Counted from the first letter of the stretch, positions 13,728 through 27,952 are shown. The stretch is DNA of 61,056 nt from Nemertoderma westbladi (GCA_032718475.1 JAUCBJ010000159.1:1-61056), one strand, 5' to 3'. Notes: generated from the letters alone by a model not told the origin. A program made the numbers and translations.

Positions 13728-14384
13728 TTAAAGTCCTTGTACGATAAATCCGCTCTCCTCGTCTTCATTAAACCCGGAATAGTTTTCGGGGGATTTTCCC
13801 AAGCCGTTGCTGTCGCCCTGGGCAACCATCGAGGCCGGCGGACTCCCGGAAGCCAGACTGAGGTCTGTCGGGGCCTGCACCGGGGCTGGGCTAGTCGCCT
13901 TGGAAACGAGAGAGAGGGCTTTCTTAGCCGCGGGGAATATGGTACGCAAGCGAGCGGCTTTCTGAGAGTTGCGGAACAGTTTCCCGGTTGAGACTAAATC
14001 AAGAACGTCGTTGTACGGCGTAGCCAATCGGAGTTTCTCTTGGAAGGCGGGGCTAAACTGCAGACAGATGGTGTCCAAGCGGGCCTTCGTTAGAGTGCCC
14101 TTCTTCCGCTCCAGGATTATCGTCCGCACGTACTCGGCTTCCTCTCGCTGGCCCTCCCGGTCCGACGTGATGTAACTGATGAGTTCCGCGTACCGCGCGA
14201 TGTGGCAGTTCCTCGCGTGGATCTTGAGATGGTCGTCGCGTTGGAAGGACTTTGTGCAGGCGCGGCAGGCGAACGGTGGGATTCCCGTGTGCTCCCGGTA
14301 GTGGCGCACCAAGTGGTTAAATCCCGAGCCACGAACATACACTGATCTGATATAACAACCTGAGTAAATAAAATAAAATAACAA
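13728..14384 (-). CDS. C2H2 zinc-finger protein, duplicate copy
   Basis: Translation identical to 2096-2752. Confidence 0.7.
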   Translation of the reverse strand: MLFYFIYSGCYIRSVYVRGSGFNHLVRHYREHTGIPPFACRACTKSFQRDDHLKIHARNCHIARYAELISYITSDREGQREEAEYVRTIILERKKGTLTKARLDTICLQFSPAFQEKLRLATPYNDVLDLVSTGKLFRNSQKAARLRTIFPAAKKALSLVSKATSPAPVQAPTDLSLASGSPPASMVAQGDSNGLGKSPENYSGFNEDEESGFIVQGL

Positions 14385-15014
14385 GTTAAACCATTATTGT
14401 AGTAAGTCTAGCTACGTATACTAATGAATATTATTATGTACGGGATTATTATAATAAATTTACCTGTAATAACAATGGATGGCGTCGTCCCTGGGCCCGT
14501 AACACTTTAATATAATCGATTAATGAACGGCCATTAATTATTCTAATGCGACTTAACAACCAAGAAACACAGCAGTATTACTGTTATTGACAACACAATA
14601 TAAAGTAATTATATGGAATGTCTGGCCCCTGCCTTTGAATAAATACCACGAGCACCATGCTGAATGCAAACTGAAACAAGTACGCTTCGGTCACGTAGGC
14701 CTGATTAGGATGATATGAGAACAGCTCAACAGAGAACAATGGGGTATTGACATATTGGTTGGTTGATTAGTTCTACAGGAAGGACCTGTATGTGTATTGT
14801 ATTGAATAAGCGGCCGGCGAGGCGGGACCCCTACAACTAACTGCATACCTTGATTGTATAAACTAAATTGATTGGATTTGGCTATCCCAATAACTATAGT
14901 AACTGTATGAGAAGTCGTATTAATTTTGCTTTGCGATTCTGAATGATGAAGTGATTCTCTCTTTTAAGCTGTTATTTAGGTGAAAAAAAGCATAAGAATA
15001 GGACGTAAATAAAT

Positions 15015-18000
15015 GCTTGATATTTTCACTTAATTAATAGCAGAAATGTTTTGGAATTGAAGTTAATAATTTTTGTAGATTATAGCTTGCAGAAATGTGT
15101 GAAATAAATTTTTGAAAGTCAAAGAAATTTTTGTGAAAGTGTCTTTTAAAAATGTGTCTAAAGCAGCCAATGGGTATTGGTGAATTGACATTATGTTTTT
15201 TTTGCAATATCGCGCCATAGAATAACATGGAGTAACTATGGCAATACCATGGTAAGGGCCAGTCCGGTCGCATATAATTAATAATTGTCTCTAGCGGCAT
15301 ACCCCCCCCGGCCGTCTGTCTCTGCTGCCTCTAGCGTCCGAAGTCAATTCGTACTGTGCCGCATGGTGGTGTAAAACACTATTCCTATTGTACAATTAAT
15401 AAGGGGAAGGGAGGGGATATTATTTCTTAGAAGATAATAATGCATAGTGTGGGACGTAGGTAATATTGTGATAGCTGTATCTTGGGTTCTCGTGGATGAA
15501 AAATGCTGATTTAAAGTTCTTTAGATTCACTGTAAATTGATCTTTCTATTCATACCAAGAACTAACAATCAGAATCAAGAATAACCTTATTTGAAAAATA
15601 TATTATTATATATGCTGTGTTATGCAATGCCATTGGTTTCAATGTCGATTACAATATCAATATCGGTTATTGGTATTGATATCGATATTGGTTATTGAAT
15701 TCAATATTGGTATTGGTATTGGTTATTGGTTTCAATATCGATTACAATATCAATATCGGTTATTGGTATTGGTATTGGTATCGATATTGGTTATTGATTT
15801 CAATATTGGTATTGGTATTGGTATTGGTATTGGTATTGGTATTGGTATTGGTATTGGTTATTGGTTCCAATATCGATTACAATATCAATATCGGTTATTG
15901 GTATTGGTATCGATATTGGTTATTGATTTCAATATTGGTATTGGTATTGGTATTGGTTATTGGTTTCAATATCGATATCAATATCAATATCGGTTATTGG
16001 TATTGGTATTGGTATCGATATTGGTTATTGATTTCAATACTGGTATTGGTATTGGTTATTGGTTTCAATATCGATATCAATATCAATATCGGTTATTGGT
16101 ATTGGTATCGATATTGGTTATTGATTTCAATATTGGTATTGGTATTGGTATTGGTATTGGTATTGGTATTGCTATTGGTATTGGTATTGGTATTCCGGAC
16201 AGTATTTTGGGCAGTTTTTGCCCGGAAATCCTAGTGCCCGGAAGTCCGGACATCCGGAAATCCGGAATTTGCCCGGAAATCCGGACAATTTGCCGGATTT
16301 TTGGATGTCCGGGCATTCCAGTGCCCGGGCGTCCGAGCTTCCGGACGTCCGGGCGACTTTGGAATGGTCAAATAGTCGGACAGACGGATTTTTTGGATGT
16401 CCGGGCATTCTAGTGTCCGGACGTCCGGGCGACTTTTGAATGGTCAAATAGTCGGACAGACGGATTTTTGGATGTCCGGGCATTCTAGTGTCCGGGCATC
16501 CGGACGTCCGGGCGACTTTGGAACGGTCAAGTTGTCGGACAGACAAGTTAAATGGACGCCCGGATTTATAGATTTCCGGGCAGTATTTTGGACAAATTTG
16601 CCCGGAAATCCGGACAATTTGCCGGATTTTTGGATGTCCGGGCATTCCAGGGCCCGGGCGTCTGGACTTCCGGGCGACTTTGGAACGGACAAATAGTCGG
16701 ACAGACAAGTTAAATGGACGCCCGGATTCACGGAATTCCGGGCAGTATTTTGGACAAATTTGCCCGGAAATCCGGACAATTTGCCGGATTTTTGGATGTC
16801 CGGGCATTCCAGTGCCCGGGCGCCCGGACATCCGGGCGAATTTAGAACGGACAAATAGTCGAACAGACAAGTTAAATGGACGCCCGGATTTATAGATTTC
16901 CGGGCAGTATTTTGGACAAATTTGCCCGGAAATCCGGACAATTTGCCGGATTTTGGATGTCCGGGCATTCCAGTGCCCGGGCGTCCGGACTTCCGGGCGA
17001 CTTTGGAACGGACAAATAGTCGGACAGACAAGTTAAATGGACGCCCGGATTCACGGAATTCCGGGCAGTATTTTGGACAAATTTGCCCGGAAATCCGGAC
17101 AATTTGCCGGATTTTTGGATGTCCGGGCATTCCAGTGCCCGGGCGTCCGGACTTCCGGGCGAATTTGGAACGGACAAATAGTCGGACAGACAAGTTAAAT
17201 GGACGCCCGGATTTACGGAATTCCGGGCAGTATTTTGGACAAATTTGCCCTGAAATCCGGACAATTTGCGGGATTTTTGGATGTCCGGGCATTCCAGTGC
17301 CCGGGCGCCCGGACATCCGGGCGAATTTAGAACGGACAAATAGTCGAACAGACAAGTTTAATGGACGCCCGGATTTACGGAATTCCGGGCAGTATTTTGG
17401 ACAAATTTGCCCGGAAATCCGGAAAATTTGCCGGATTTTTGGATGTCCGGGCATTCCAGTGCCCGGGCGCCCGGACCGTACTTGTACTTGTACTTGTACT
17501 TGTACCTGTACTTGTACTTGAGCTTGATATTTTCACTTAATTAACAGCAGAAATGTTTTGGAATTGAAGTTAATAATTTTTGTAGATTACTTACTCGAGA
17601 AATGTGTGAAATAAATTTTTGAAAATCAAAGAGATTTTTGTGAAAGTGTCTTTTAAAAATGTGTCTTAAGGCAGCCAATGGGTATTGGTGTATTGACATT
17701 ATGTTTTTTTTGCAATATCGCGCCATAGAATAACATGGAGTAACTATGGCAATACCATGGTAAGGGCCAGTCCGGTCGCATATAATTATTAAATGTCTCT
17801 AGCGGCATACCCCCCCCGGCCGTCTGTCTCTGCTGCCTCTAGCGTCCGAAGTCAATTCGTACTGTGCCGCATGGTGGTGTAAAACACTATTCCTATTGTA
17901 CAATTAATAAGGGGAAGGGAGGGGATATTATTTCTTAGAAGATAATAATGCATAGTGTGGGACGTAGGTAATATTGTGATAGCTGTATCTTGGGTTCTCG

Positions 18001-21000
18001 TGGATGAAAAATGCTGATTTAAAGTTCTTTAGATTCACTGTAAATTGATCTTTCTATTCATACCAAGAACTAACAATCAGAATCAAGAATAACCTTATTT
18101 GAAAAATATATTATTATATATGCTGTGTTATGCAATGCCATTGGTTTCAATGTCGATTACAATATCAATATCGGTTATTGGTATTGATATCGATATTGGT
18201 TATTGAATTCAATATTGGTATTGGTATTGGTTATTGGTTTCAATATCGATTACAATATCAATATCGGTTATTGGTATTGGTATTGGTATCGATATTGGTT
18301 ATTGATTTCAATATTGGTATTGGTATTGGTATTGGTATTGGTATTGGTATTGGTATTGGTATTGGTTATTGGTTCCAATATCGATTACAATATCAATATC
18401 GGTTATTGGTATTGGTATCGATATTGGTTATTGATTTCAATATTGGTATTGGTATTGGTATTGGTTATTGGTTTCAATATCGATATCAATATCAATATCG
18501 GTTATTGGTATTGGTATTGGTATCGATATTGGTTATTGATTTCAATACTGGTATTGGTATTGGTTATTGGTTTCAATATCGATATCAATATCAATATCGG
18601 TTATTGGTATTGGTATCGATATTGGTTATTGATTTCAATATTGGTATTGGTATTGGTATTGGTATTGGTATTGGTATTGCTATTGGTATTGGTATTGGTA
18701 TTCCGGACAGTATTTTGGGCAGTTTTTGCCCGGAAATCCTAGTGCCCGGAAGTCCGGACATCCGGAAATCCGGAATTTGCCCGGAAATCCGGACAATTTG
18801 CCGGATTTTTGGATGTCCGGGCATTCCAGTGCCCGGGCGTCCGAGCTTCCGGACGTCCGGGCGACTTTGGAATGGTCAAATAGTCGGACAGACGGATTTT
18901 TTGGATGTCCGGGCATTCTAGTGTCCGGACGTCCGGGCGACTTTTGAATGGTCAAATAGTCGGACAGACGGATTTTTGGATGTCCGGGCATTCTAGTGTC
19001 CGGGCATCCGGACGTCCGGGCGACTTTGGAACGGTCAAGTTGTCGGACAGACAAGTTAAATGGACGCCCGGATTTATAGATTTCCGGGCAGTATTTTGGA
19101 CAAATTTGCCCGGAAATCCGGACAATTTGCCGGATTTTTGGATGTCCGGGCATTCCAGGGCCCGGGCGTCTGGACTTCCGGGCGACTTTGGAACGGACAA
19201 ATAGTCGGACAGACAAGTTAAATGGACGCCCGGATTCACGGAATTCCGGGCAGTATTTTGGACAAATTTGCCCGGAAATCCGGACAATTTGCCGGATTTT
19301 TGGATGTCCGGGCATTCCAGTGCCCGGGCGCCCGGACATCCGGGCGAATTTAGAACGGACAAATAGTCGAACAGACAAGTTAAATGGACGCCCGGATTTA
19401 TAGATTTCCGGGCAGTATTTTGGACAAATTTGCCCGGAAATCCGGACAATTTGCCGGATTTTGGATGTCCGGGCATTCCAGTGCCCGGGCGTCCGGACTT
19501 CCGGGCGACTTTGGAACGGACAAATAGTCGGACAGACAAGTTAAATGGACGCCCGGATTCACGGAATTCCGGGCAGTATTTTGGACAAATTTGCCCGGAA
19601 ATCCGGACAATTTGCCGGATTTTTGGATGTCCGGGCATTCCAGTGCCCGGGCGTCCGGACTTCCGGGCGAATTTGGAACGGACAAATAGTCGGACAGACA
19701 AGTTAAATGGACGCCCGGATTTACGGAATTCCGGGCAGTATTTTGGACAAATTTGCCCTGAAATCCGGACAATTTGCGGGATTTTTGGATGTCCGGGCAT
19801 TCCAGTGCCCGGGCGCCCGGACATCCGGGCGAATTTAGAACGGACAAATAGTCGAACAGACAAGTTTAATGGACGCCCGGATTTACGGAATTCCGGGCAG
19901 TATTTTGGACAAATTTGCCCGGAAATCCGGAAAATTTGCCGGATTTTTGGATGTCCGGGCATTCCAGTGCCCGGGCGCCCGGACCGTACTTGTACTTGTA
20001 CTTGTACTTGTACCTGTACTTGTACTTGAGCTTGATATTTTCACTTAATTAACAGCAGAAATGTTTTGGAATTGAAGTTAATAATTTTTGTAGATTACTT
20101 ACTCGAGAAATGTGTGAAATAAATTTTTGAAAATCAAAGAGATTTTTGTGAAAGTGTCTTTTAAAAATGTGTCTTAAGGCAGCCAATGGGTATTGGTGTA
20201 TTGACATTATGTTTTTTTTGCAATATCGCGCCATAGAATAACATGGAGTAACTATGGCAATACCATGGTAAGGGCCAGTCCGGTCGCATATAATTATTAA
20301 ATGTCTCTAGCGGCATACCCCCCCCGGCCGTCTGTCTCTGCTGCCTCTAGCGTCCGAAGTCAATTCGTACTGTGCCGCATGGTGGTGTAAAACACTATTC
20401 CTATTGTACAATTAATAAGGGGAAGGGAGGGGATATTATTTCTTAGAAGATAATAATGCATAGTGTGGGACGTAGGTAATATTGTGATAGCTGTATCTTG
20501 GGTTCTCGTGGATGAAAAATGCTGATTTAAAGTTCTTTAGATTCACTGTAAATTGATCTTTCTATTCATACCAAGAACTAACAATCAGAATCAAGAATAA
20601 CCTTATTTGAAAAATATATTATTATATATGCTGTGTTATGCAATGCCATTGGTTTCAATGTCGATTACAATATCAATATCGGTTATTGGTATTGATATCG
20701 ATATTGGTTATTGAATTCAATATTGGTATTGGTATTGGTTATTGGTTTCAATATCGATTACAATATCAATATCGGTTATTGGTATTGGTATTGGTATCGA
20801 TATTGGTTATTGATTTCAATATTGGTATTGGTATTGGTATTGGTATTGGTATTGGTATTGGTATTGGTATTGGTTATTGGTTCCAATATCGATTACAATA
20901 TCAATATCGGTTATTGGTATTGGTATCGATATTGGTTATTGATTTCAATATTGGTATTGGTATTGGTATTGGTTATTGGTTTCAATATCGATATCAATAT

Positions 21001-21964
21001 CAATATCGGTTATTGGTATTGGTATTGGTATCGATATTGGTTATTGATTTCAATACTGGTATTGGTATTGGTTATTGGTTTCAATATCGATATCAATATC
21101 AATATCGGTTATTGGTATTGGTATCGATATTGGTTATTGATTTCAATATTGGTATTGGTATTGGTATTGGTATTGGTATTGGTATTGCTATTGGTATTGG
21201 TATTGGTATTCCGGACAGTATTTTGGGCAGTTTTTGCCCGGAAATCCTAGTGCCCGGAAGTCCGGACATCCGGAAATCCGGAATTTGCCCGGAAATCCGG
21301 ACAATTTGCCGGATTTTTGGATGTCCGGGCATTCCAGTGCCCGGGCGTCCGAGCTTCCGGACGTCCGGGCGACTTTGGAATGGTCAAATAGTCGGACAGA
21401 CGGATTTTTTGGATGTCCGGGCATTCTAGTGTCCGGACGTCCGGGCGACTTTTGAATGGTCAAATAGTCGGACAGACGGATTTTTGGATGTCCGGGCATT
21501 CTAGTGTCCGGGCATCCGGACGTCCGGGCGACTTTGGAACGGTCAAGTTGTCGGACAGACAAGTTAAATGGACGCCCGGATTTATAGATTTCCGGGCAGT
21601 ATTTTGGACAAATTTGCCCGGAAATCCGGACAATTTGCCGGATTTTTGGATGTCCGGGCATTCCAGGGCCCGGGCGTCTGGACTTCCGGGCGACTTTGGA
21701 ACGGACAAATAGTCGGACAGACAAGTTAAATGGACGCCCGGATTCACGGAATTCCGGGCAGTATTTTGGACAAATTTGCCCGGAAATCCGGACAATTTGC
21801 CGGATTTTTGGATGTCCGGGCATTCCAGTGCCCGGGCGCCCGGACATCCGGGCGAATTTAGAACGGACAAATAGTCGAACAGACAAGTTAAATGGACGCC
21901 CGGATTTATAGATTTCCGGGCAGTATTTTGGACAAATTTGCCCGGAAATCCGGACAATTTGCCG
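15015..21964. repeat. 2508-bp composite tandem repeat, ~2.8 units (AT-rich head + (GGTATT)n + 162-bp CCGG satellite + (GTACTT)n)
   Basis: Units start GCTTGATATTTTCAC at 15015, 17522 and 20030. ORFs repeat at exactly +2508 (15622/18130/20638). The third unit is truncated at 21964. Confidence 0.96.
17478..17520. repeat. (GTACTT)n microsatellite at the unit junction; also 19986-20028
   Basis: About 7 hexamer units between the satellite end and the next unit head. Confidence 0.9.
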
Positions 21965-22161
21965 AGAATTCCTGACCTGACCATGGTGGACAGCCCATGA
22001 CTTTCTTGAGACGCATCCTAAAGGACAATGGCCTTGAAGATGCGGATGATCTAGCAAATGTCGTGGGTGATAGGGAGTTGTGGCGGTGCAATTTTGTTGA
22101 CAAGCCGGCACAGCATTCTTAAAAATGCAGCTGCAATGCAGCATGCCGATCCTAGTAGTAA
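21965..22161 (+). mobile_element. 5'-truncated non-LTR retrotransposon 3' end (RTE-like)
   Basis: Translates GQPMTFLRRILKDNGLEDADDLANVVGDRELWRCNFVDKPAQHS*, resembling the G(R)P..T......D.G........DR..WR C-terminus of RTE-type ORFs. Short 3' UTR with a TAGTAGTAA tail. Confidence 0.6.
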
Positions 22162-22746
22162 CCTGGAGCAAGCGAATTCCAAACGGACTCTAGAATATCC
22201 ACCTTCATATTGAAGTCATTCTTCATTCGACCTTCTTCATCAGCGGCATCAACTAAACCCAACTGTAATACCGTATTTGATTGACTGCCATATGTATCCG
22301 CTAGAATATTGGAAATAGTTGCCTCATTACAACCCATATTTTTAAGCTTAGCTTTATCTCGTTGCTGTAGGTGGTCTAAACAGTATAAATTATTGGACTC
22401 GGTGAAAACTGATGATACACCATTAATAGTGGCAGCATCTATATCATGGCCAATCCGTGGAATAGCTTTAAGAGATGATTTCGCAGCTACAATTTCAATC
22501 GCGAATCTTTTGTAGGTGTCGCTGTCCTTTTGGAAATGGGAACATCTCGGTCCAGGGAATTCTGGGTGAGTTCCATTCTTGTTGTTGAGAGATAAATTCG
22601 GATGAGATCTATCAGTTAAGTAAAGTCCATCCACGACTTCAAAAGTAGTGTCAATTCTCAGCAGGCCGTTTTGTTTAACACAAAAACGTTCCAAATCGAT
22701 CAATATTTGATCACTGTACAGAATAATCATATTCTTTAGGCACAAT
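22152..22746 (-). pseudogene. MULE/Mutator-like transposase, catalytic-domain fragment
   Basis: Motifs IDTTF, IGHD and LYCLDH fit the MULE D..D..CxxH pattern. Joins 25772-26065 in frame (..DYPDLC|LKNMIILY..) once the insertion is removed. Confidence 0.7.
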
Positions 22747-23839
22747 CATGACCTACTATATATACGACCATGAAAGCTGCATTCTACCTACTAAATTTAG
22801 TAGGCACACGTTTTTCATCATATTTAAAGGATTTTATAATAAAAGTCTTCTAGAACATTTTTTATGATTCATTTCAATAGTCAAGTATTATAATTTTGAA
22901 ACAACTTATTTTAATAGCTATTTTTATATATTATTGGTAAATGCCAGTTCCACTTCGTTGGTGCGTACCTACGCCATCTCCTGGAATATTGTGTCTTAAT
23001 TCAGTGACTTGGCCACCAATTATTATTCTACAAATCTTAACGCGTCAGAATATTTATTTTCGCTTTTAATCCTTAATTAACTACAAGCGTTTGAAAAGTG
23101 TTTTATTGAGTCTATTTAATTAATTACTATCTATTAGGACACAGTTTTTATCACATTATTTTTAGAGTGTTCTACAGTAGATTGTTTAGCAATTAAATAG
23201 CCTCGAGACGATGCTAAAACTTGCCACTTCCGGATGCTAATATTCCACCCAATTTCATTAAGATTCAGAGGGGGGTTGGGTTGCACTGAATTAAGACATA
23301 AAAAATATCTTGTATTTTGATATTATTTTTTGTTATTTATGATAGCTAGTGTTTTTTCCAAGTTGTACAGTATATATTGCTATTATAAATTAAATTAGCT
23401 AAATTGAAATTTTTGGTAGTTTCCCAATCTCTGATTAGATTATATTATTTAAAGTTTTTTGGTATGTGATAGATTGGTCTTTCAATTGACCATAGCTAGT
23501 GTTTTTTTAAACATTGTGTTTTTTAGCAAATTAATGAAGAAGGACAAAAGCAAATAAATAGTTAATAATTGGTTAATCTTGTGGAATGTTTATTGTTTAT
23601 AATGTTTATCCATAATAATAATGAGTACCGGTAAACTACAGTTCTATAATTTAGCTACAGTATTATTGTACTGTATATACATGACGCTGACGCAGTTGGA
23701 ATTCTTTTACTGAAGATTCTCTCAATGTCTGGGAGTGGGCTTTGGATCGATTATTTACAAATATGTTTACGAGAGAGCGAAAAAGTAATTCTTAGTTCGG
23801 TATGGGAAGGACAACTGATTAGGTACTTAGGGATAATTG

Positions 23840-24350
23840 TCACATAGTTTGGTTAGAGTCGAAATTACTGCTTTGCGGAACTGAAGGTTTTTTTTCAAGC
23901 AAATCTTCAACGGTCATTAAAGTTTTAAACGTTTCTTCAACAAATGCGCATAACTGTCTTGTGAGTCTTCTCATGTCAAGCAAACTGTGGTAAAGTGAGT
24001 TGGTAACAGTTTCTTTTTGTAAAACGGCCGCACAGTTTTGACACCCTTTCCTTTGTTGATAATTTTGTGGGTAACAAAACCCAAAACGCATGTTAGAATG
24101 TCACGTGTGTCTAAATCAAGATCAATTTCATTTCGACTTTCTGCAGCAATGCAAATTGATTCGTAATCATTTTCTGGTTCACCACTTGATACAACTTCAT
24201 CAACGTCGATATTTTCTTTAATCAGGGATCGGAGCTGGGACATGGTTTTTTGTTTGTGAGGTTTCTTTGAGACTGACAAAGAAATCGACCTCAGCACATT
24301 TGTCGGTAACACGAGAATCGCCGCTCTAATGGATCTGTTTGTAATCTACC
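23840..24350 (-). pseudogene. P-element transposase C-terminal remnant
   Basis: Minus strand gives GRLQTDPLERRFSCYRQMC*GRF..VSLKE, ILTCVLGFVTHK and GCQNC, with stops and frameshifts. Parallels FSKYRQMSGGRFLVSLRE in ORF 51919-52440. Confidence 0.75.
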
Positions 24351-25269
24351 GGTCATCAATCTTCTGCAAGATCAGCAACTGCTCGATTTGTTGAAAAAAA
24401 AATTTCTATTTAGCTAATTTAATTTACAATAGCAATATATACTGTACAACTTGGAAAAAACACTAGCTAGCATAAATAACAAAAAATAATATCAAAAATA
24501 CAAGATATTTTTTACGTATTAATTCAGTGCAACCCCCACCCCCCTCTGAATCTTAATGAAATTGAGTGGAATATTAGCATTCGGAAGTGGCAAGTTTTAG
24601 CATCGAAAATTGAAATCGAAAATAAATATTCTGACGCACCCAGTATGGATGAGGGAGGTAAAACAATATATATTTCAAATTTCATGCAATCGCATTAAGA
24701 TTTGTAGAATATTAATTGGTGGCCAAGTCACTGAATTAAGACACAATATGCCCAACGAAGTGGAACTGGCAATTACCAATAATATATATAAATAGCTAGT
24801 AGTAAAATAAGTTGTTTCAAAATTATAATACTTACTATAATACTTATTAATTATTAATAATTAATTAATTAATTAATTAATTATTAATAATACTTATTAT
24901 AAATATAAAATTAAAGTTAAATAAAAGATAAAGTTACAGGATTATAACTCTAAATATTTTTAAGTTATGTCCAATATCGTCGAAATGGTCCATTAAGTAA
25001 TATTTTCAAAGTTTTCTTCATCATCTGATCAAAATATTCTAGTTGCATTTTCATATCTCTAAATAGGTACAATAGTCCTACAGTAAGTTATTAGTTTATT
25101 AATTATTTACTATTTATACTGTAATTACGTTTTATAATAAATTGTTCTGTACCATCTTTATCGTTGAGTCGGACATTGTCACGCTCTCGGTAAAGTTGTA
25201 CATGTACATAGTGTAATTACGTTTTATATTGGTTTTAGGTTAGCGTAGTGTAATATTGTATTTGTAACC

Positions 25270-25420
25270 AAGTAACATAAAGGACCCCCTTGGAAATAAG
25301 CTGCAAAGCTTTAGGGGTAATCCTATATTGTATGTTGGACAATACCTTTATACCGGTACATTGTTTGGTGTATTTGTTATTGTTTTTACATAATGTATAA
25401 ATAAATCTATCTATCTATAT
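25270..25420 (+). mobile_element. Probable L2/CR1-type LINE 3' tail inserted in the right arm of the foldback element
   Basis: GGACCCCCTTGGAAATAAG...GCTTTAGGGGTAATCC stem-loop, then AATAAA and a (TCTA)n tail. Lies in the segment absent from the left arm. Confidence 0.45.
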
Positions 25421-25771
25421 CTTTCTTTCTCCATTATAGATGATGCTCGTGCAACTTTTTTTATAGATAATAATTCCTTCTAAAAAGTTTATTGACTCGC
25501 ATTTCTCAAGACATTATCCCCAATTTTCGGCACTATTGTAATTTTCATTTGAGTCCAATAATATAACAATATAAATTGTATAATATGTATAAATTGTATA
25601 ATATTGAGTCCAATATTAAATACTTACTATTGAATTGAATCATAAAAAATGTTCTAGAAGACTTTTATTATAAAATCCTTCAAATATATGAAAAATGATT
25701 TTAAAAACGTGTGCCTACTAAATTTAGTAGGTAGAATGCAGCTTTCATGGTCGTATATTTAGTAGGTCATG

Positions 25772-26373
25772 GCACAAATCAGGATAGTCATGAACAAGAG
25801 ATAAGAGTTTTTCTATCTGTGACTTTAGTGCCACTGCTGTATTAATGTCACACGAATCGTCTGAATCTCTAAATCTTTGTGAAATGTTGTGCAATTGTTT
25901 TAAATTTCGCGGCTGTAAACTCGCCGATTCAACAATCATTATATTGTTTTCAGATGAAACAGTATCATACGCCTTTGATGCCGAGATTCCAGAAATAATC
26001 ATGTCGGAACAAACCTTTAGCACTTCGGTGTCTGTTCTGTAGTATGCTGAAGTTGAAGGTAGCATTGCCGTGTCTTGGCATCACGAAGTTTTCCGAATTT
26101 GTCTTCAGCTGCACGTTCACTCCCAACAGGAATATCATTATCAATTGAAATATTAATTGTGTTATTCATATCACAATCCGACCATATATAAGCCAATAAG
26201 TAGTATTTTTCATCTGTTTCTAAAGGAGCATTTCTTACTGATGCTATGAGATTTGTAAACTTATTGGCTTCGTTGCGACGGTACGTCCGCTCTAGAATAT
26301 AAACATCGTTGATGGGAACATCACATTTGGAATATTTAGCTCCAATACCAACTGTTCCAGTTGTCCGTTCCAT
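25772..26373 (-). pseudogene. MULE-like transposase, N-terminal part (frameshifted)
   Basis: ORFs 26017-26373 and 25745-26065 overlap in different frames. PRNLKQ motif. Continues in frame into 22152-22746 across the TSD. Confidence 0.65.
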
Positions 26374-26537
26374 ACGTTCCGGATTTCAGTTTGGGAGAGG
26401 CCAGCAGTCAAAGTAAGGGGGGGGGGGGGGGAAGGGGGGAACCGAGGCCAGATACATTGGAGGGGGGGGGGGGGGGGGGGGTGTCAGTAGGGGTCGGTAT
26501 TGCATTATATCATCTACTTATACAGTAGCTCTTTGTA

Positions 26538-26741
26538 GGTGATTCTTAGGTCATGCTAGGTCATTCTTGCATTCTATCATTTCCTCATAGCTCATTCTAG
26601 GTCGTTCTAGATCATTCTAGGTCATTTTTGCATTCTATCATCTCCTCATAGCTCATTCTAGGTGATTCTTAGGTCATTCTAGATCATTCTAGGTCATTCT
26701 AACTCATTCTAGATCATTCTAGGTCATTCTAGCTCATTCTA
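26538..26741. repeat. 10-bp (TCATTCTAGR) degenerate tandem repeat
   Basis: Repeated GTCATTCTAG/ATCATTCTAG/CTCATTCTAG. Confidence 0.85.
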
Positions 26742-27952
26742 CTTTTTAACATGTAGGCCCTACCGTGTAATGCTGATACAATTGCCCTGCAATCTAAATC
26801 ATCCTTCATTCTATATCAGTACAGCAGTATATTTATCTTTCCATTCCTACATAGGTCTATTATGAAAATCATTTCATCCCTTTTTTCATTAGGGTAGGGA
26901 GGGCCTACTACTGTACTAGAAACAATTTGGTTGAATCTCTAAACACGCGTTTTGGTTTTCTCAGTCTTTCTAAATTTTGATACAAATTTGATTTTTCTTC
27001 TGTCACGCCGTTCTCAAACTTTAATGCACCCTTGCCTGCTTGCTGCCTTGTGGTTATGTTCTGTTCACCTTGTCAAATATTATTATGTTTAGTTCCATTT
27101 GAGCCTTTGAAGCATGTGATTGTTTAGTTTTGTTTAAGCCTATACCAGTCTGCCAGTACGGTATCTGTTACAAAAGATAAATATTATTTAAATAAAATAT
27201 ACAATACGATCGGGGGACTTACACCGTACAACTACAGTACAAGGGACCGCACAACATACCCTACTGTGCCGTAGCTTTATGATTGTCATTTATTAATAAT
27301 AATTACAGTAATATTTTATTTGTACAGTAATATCAAAGTTAACATACATAATAATACAATAAATAGTAGTACCGGTACATCAGTACACCATGCATGAACG
27401 TGCATGACCCGTAATATATTGTGTCATTTTCTGATGACATGGACACCCACAAATTTTTCTACAAATCTTTATCACATTTTACTTGAAAAACAGACTACAC
27501 CATGGAATACTAAATATAGACGGAACCGCATTAGTGTTATTTTTTCGGCCCCGATATTTTTTTCAATAAAGTGGAAGTATATGCCATAGAAACCCCAGAA
27601 AAAAAATTTAAGCAAATTCGACCGGAGCGTTCTCGAGATATAATTCGTCAAAGTTTTCATATTTGGCAACAAGAAATGCAGTGTTGGGGGCGATTTAATC
27701 TTATTTGCGATATATTTCTATGGCAACAAGTAGTAGTGTCATTATTCTTGAACTGCGCTGTTGTAATATTGATGGGTTGGTTTTCAACAATATTATTATT
27801 ACCACAACTAGCTACAGCTGCACTATTTTAAAACAATATTTTAACCGATAATTTTTCGATTACAATTAACCAGTACATCGCGGTAACCTTTAGTCTCTAC
27901 ACAGTAGGGTCTTCATTACTTCACTGGCTACACATAGTGAACTATCTACATC

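Larger units (their letters stand above)
11651..15312. repeat. Segmental duplication, copy 2
   Basis: Matches 1-3680 apart from a few substitutions, homopolymer lengths and one 20-bp unit. Confidence 0.95.
22747..25771 (-). mobile_element. Non-autonomous foldback (Galileo-like) P-superfamily element with ~670-bp inverted arms
   Basis: Termini CATGACCTACTA...TAGTAGGTCATG; flanks GCACAAT / GCACAAAT (7-8-bp TSD). Arm 22747-23415 pairs with 24397-24835 plus 25620-25771. Contains a P transposase remnant. Confidence 0.85.

Noticed and set aside
15622-21984. ORFs of 179-336 aa in the 2508-bp units
   Set aside because: Translations of the same microsatellite and satellite.
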